Made by a program: the position numbers and the translations under genes
Origin: an uncultured Acidobacteriota bacterium
GTDB taxonomy: Bacteria > Acidobacteriota > Terriglobia > UBA7540
Assembly (NCBI GenBank): GCA_963804995.1
Contig: CAWDSK010000001.1
Span: 371,305-435,304, forward strand
Length of the DNA stretch: 64,000 bases
Direction: 5' to 3'
Part shown: piece after piece, positions 62,304 through 64,000 of the stretch
Layout of the letters: each line of letters starts with the position of its first letter
Numbering within the stretch: position 1 is the first letter of the stretch
Notes under the pieces: model-generated
Database searches by the model: none
What the model was told of the DNA's origin: nothing
The model's input: only the letters and a program-made list of their open reading frames with translations

Positions 62304-63464
62304 CTAAGCCGGTGCAAAATCCGTTTCCCTTCTCCATTCCTGGGTCTTAGCCCGCGCTTCGCTGACATTTACGCTAAGTAGTTCGGCGAGTTTTCCGAGG
62401 GACACCATACTGTTGAGAGCGGCCTTTCTCGCGAGATGCGCGAAGCGGCTTGACCTCTCCCAAGCTTCGATCATCGTCTCGTCGAGCGGTACAAACTCCT
62501 TTCTAGGATCGCTCTGTCGCTTTTCCACCTCCTCCATTAGTCGCCGCTGGTCATCGTCTGAGATTAAGCGGAGGTCCCGAACTCTGCGCAACATCATCTG
62601 CGCACTGACTTGGAAATATTGCTTCAAGAAAACTATGTCTTCCAAGCCAACGGTCTTGTCCCCAACGTCCCGATGTAAAACGTCTCGAAGTCCCACTTCC
62701 GGAACTAGAAACGAAGCCGCGAAACAGTCTGCCATCTTCTCGGGCACACTGTCCTTTGGTAGACCGCCGGTCGGTGCGGCACTGCTATACATAGGCCGAT
62801 GCATCAGCAGGTGTCCGCATTCGTGCGCTAATGAGAAGACTTGGCGCTCTACCGTGTTGGCGCTGTTGACTAAGATACAGAGACCATAGTTAGAAGAGTA
62901 CGCGGATAACGCAAAAACCTCATCTCCCTCCATCTTGTGCCGTAAGATCCTGACCCCCTGCTCATCGAGCAACTTAAAGATGTTTTCAATCGGATCACGC
63001 TGGCCGAGTCCTAGGCGTTCACGCTCAGAAAGTGCAACTTGGACCGCGTAATCGAACGGCTTCGAATGCGCCCCGGGTCCGCCAGAGTAGTCGGGAAGCT
63101 GGAGTAGATTTTCGGCTCCGACAATTTCCTCTAGCTCACGATACGCTTTGGAATGCCTTTCAAATGATAAGCGGGCGTTCCCGGGAGCGGTCGCCTCCGC
63201 GACAGCCCGGTACAATAACGCCATAGTATCTTGGTCCCCTCTGAAAAAATCAGCGACCGGACAACCAAGAAGGCGAGAAGCTACCAGCAACTTGCTGCTG
63301 TCGATGGCCGTATGACCATTCTCGATGGCGCTGACCGTGGCCCGGGAGAGTCCGATTTTAGCGGCAAACTCCTCTTGGGATAGACCCGCTAACTCCCTTG
63401 CTCTCTTTAGATTTCGTGCGATGATCTCTTTCAATTTCCCTCCAGTGTATAAAATCCTTGACAT
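62304..63464 (-). CDS. Fusion of an XRE-family HTH and an ImmA/IrrE (COG2856, M78) zinc metallopeptidase
   Basis: HTH is LKRARELAGLSQEEFAAKIGLSRATVSAIENG and the peptidase HExxH is SLAHECGHLLMH, followed by a roughly 130-aa C-terminal extension. The true start may be TTG 63434 (a GGAGGG SD lies 3 nt upstream). Confidence 0.8.
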   Translation of the reverse strand: MSRILYTGGKLKEIIARNLKRARELAGLSQEEFAAKIGLSRATVSAIENGHTAIDSSKLLVASRLLGCPVADFFRGDQDTMALLYRAVAEATAPGNARLSFERHSKAYRELEEIVGAENLLQLPDYSGGPGAHSKPFDYAVQVALSERERLGLGQRDPIENIFKLLDEQGVRILRHKMEGDEVFALSAYSSNYGLCILVNSANTVERQVFSLAHECGHLLMHRPMYSSAAPTGGLPKDSVPEKMADCFAASFLVPEVGLRDVLHRDVGDKTVGLEDIVFLKQYFQVSAQMMLRRVRDLRLISDDDQRRLMEEVEKRQSDPRKEFVPLDETMIEAWERSSRFAHLARKAALNSMVSLGKLAELLSVNVSEARAKTQEWRRETDFAPA

Positions 63465-63493
63465 ATAATTGATCTACTTGTTGTGATTGTCAA
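63465..63493 (-). promoter_or_regulatory. Candidate sigma-70 promoter for the XRE-peptidase operon, in a 54-nt divergent intergenic region
   Basis: On the minus strand: TTGACA (63493-63488), a 17-nt spacer, then AATTAT (63470-63465). This places the transcription start downstream of ATG 63464 and favours the TTG 63434 start. Confidence 0.35.
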
Positions 63494-63518
63494 GTTAATT
63501 CGACATTAGGAGTATCTT

Positions 63519-64000
63519 ATGTCTTGGAACTTTGATCGAAGCAAGAAACGAGTCGAGGCAGAAGCGAAGCGCCTAGCGCATGCGGGCATCAGCGTCAAGC
63601 CCCTCACCCGCGAAATGGACTTAACCAACCTCTCTCCCACAGAAGCTAGGCAAGTTAACGGCGTCCATCTCTATTCAAACGTGGAGAATCTGGAAGAACT
63701 GCTAACGTCCGAGGCCCTTCGAAAGAATAATTTCAGGGCATTGCACAGATTCTTTCAAGTCTTCAGGAGTGAACAGCGCCGCATCATTCAAAACGTCTTC
63801 GAAGGGGACAAGATCCAAGTTCAGGGCCCAAAGTTTCACGGGCTAATTTTCAAGCCTTATGGGAAGGACTCTGAGATCGCTTGGCGCTCCATTCTCTGCT
63901 CAAGTGCTTTACACCTTTTAGCGGTAAGGGCGCTTCCCGAGGTGTTTCCGGGATACCCACCGATCGTCTCTGCTGCAGGTCTAGAGCTGGGAAAAACCGT
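63519..64000 (+). CDS. Hypothetical protein, 5' partial (160 codons; continues past the window end)
   Basis: ATG 63519 with AGGAG 7-11 nt upstream. The frame is open to the window edge: MSWNFDRSKKRVEAEAKRLAHAGISVKPLTREMDLTNLSPTEARQVNGVHLYSNVENLEELL... It is not in the ORF track because no stop is reached. Confidence 0.6.
   Translation, partial: MSWNFDRSKKRVEAEAKRLAHAGISVKPLTREMDLTNLSPTEARQVNGVHLYSNVENLEELLTSEALRKNNFRALHRFFQVFRSEQRRIIQNVFEGDKIQVQGPKFHGLIFKPYGKDSEIAWRSILCSSALHLLAVRALPEVFPGYPPIVSAAGLELGKT

Noticed and set aside
61260-64000. Calling the right-hand module a canonical Pycsar system (cyclase plus effector).
   Set aside because: The effector-like gene is not adjacent to, or co-oriented with, the candidate upstream gene. 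That partial ORF lacks the two metal-binding Asp of class III cyclases at the expected positions, and only 160 codons are visible. The locus is reported as an unclassified module instead.

Overview
High-GC (about 60-65% by spot counts) bacterial chromosomal segment. The gene content suggests an Acidobacteriota-like organism: CarboxypepD_reg-type TonB-dependent receptor, orphan MacB/FtsX permeases, many PAS-rich kinases and several REP/MITE families. This is inference only. Core genes, mostly on the minus strand, are: an M16 peptidase fragment, holA, a metallophosphoesterase, an MBL hydrolase, a cytochrome c, a Tat-exported FG-GAP protein, a formamidase, an amtB-glnK-glnD nitrogen-sensing operon, a five-ORF two-component/c-di-GMP cluster, mscL, an OmpA-family protein, a GH35 beta-galactosidase, a CYTH protein, nfi, msrA, an RraA-like protein, a DUF1080 protein, a 2H phosphoesterase, an ADP-forming acetyl-CoA synthetase, a MacA-like adaptor with two FtsX permeases, and a Tat-signal enolase-superfamily enzyme. 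There are three accessory regions. (1) 35.9-41.5 kb is a lower-GC island with mazEF, an AbrB-like gene, two PD-(D/E)xK nuclease-like genes and a membrane protein; each block is separated by a roughly 150-bp MITE-like repeat. (2) 51.8-57.4 kb is a TonB-dependent receptor gene split by an IS1634-like element with a CTAG target duplication. (3) 57.6-64 kb holds TA-like pairs, a YhcG nuclease bracketed by two overlapping cysteine-desulfurase fragments, and then a low-GC module: a fused XRE-ImmA/IrrE regulator, a PIN-like protein and a DUF5706/Pycsar-type membrane effector, divergent from an unidentified gene that runs off the window. This last module is my best candidate for an undescribed defence-type system. 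The large PAS hybrid kinase is interrupted by a single in-frame TGA, and its Hpt tail is frameshifted. I found no rRNA, tRNA or CRISPR array. All family assignments come from motif recognition by eye, not from searches.
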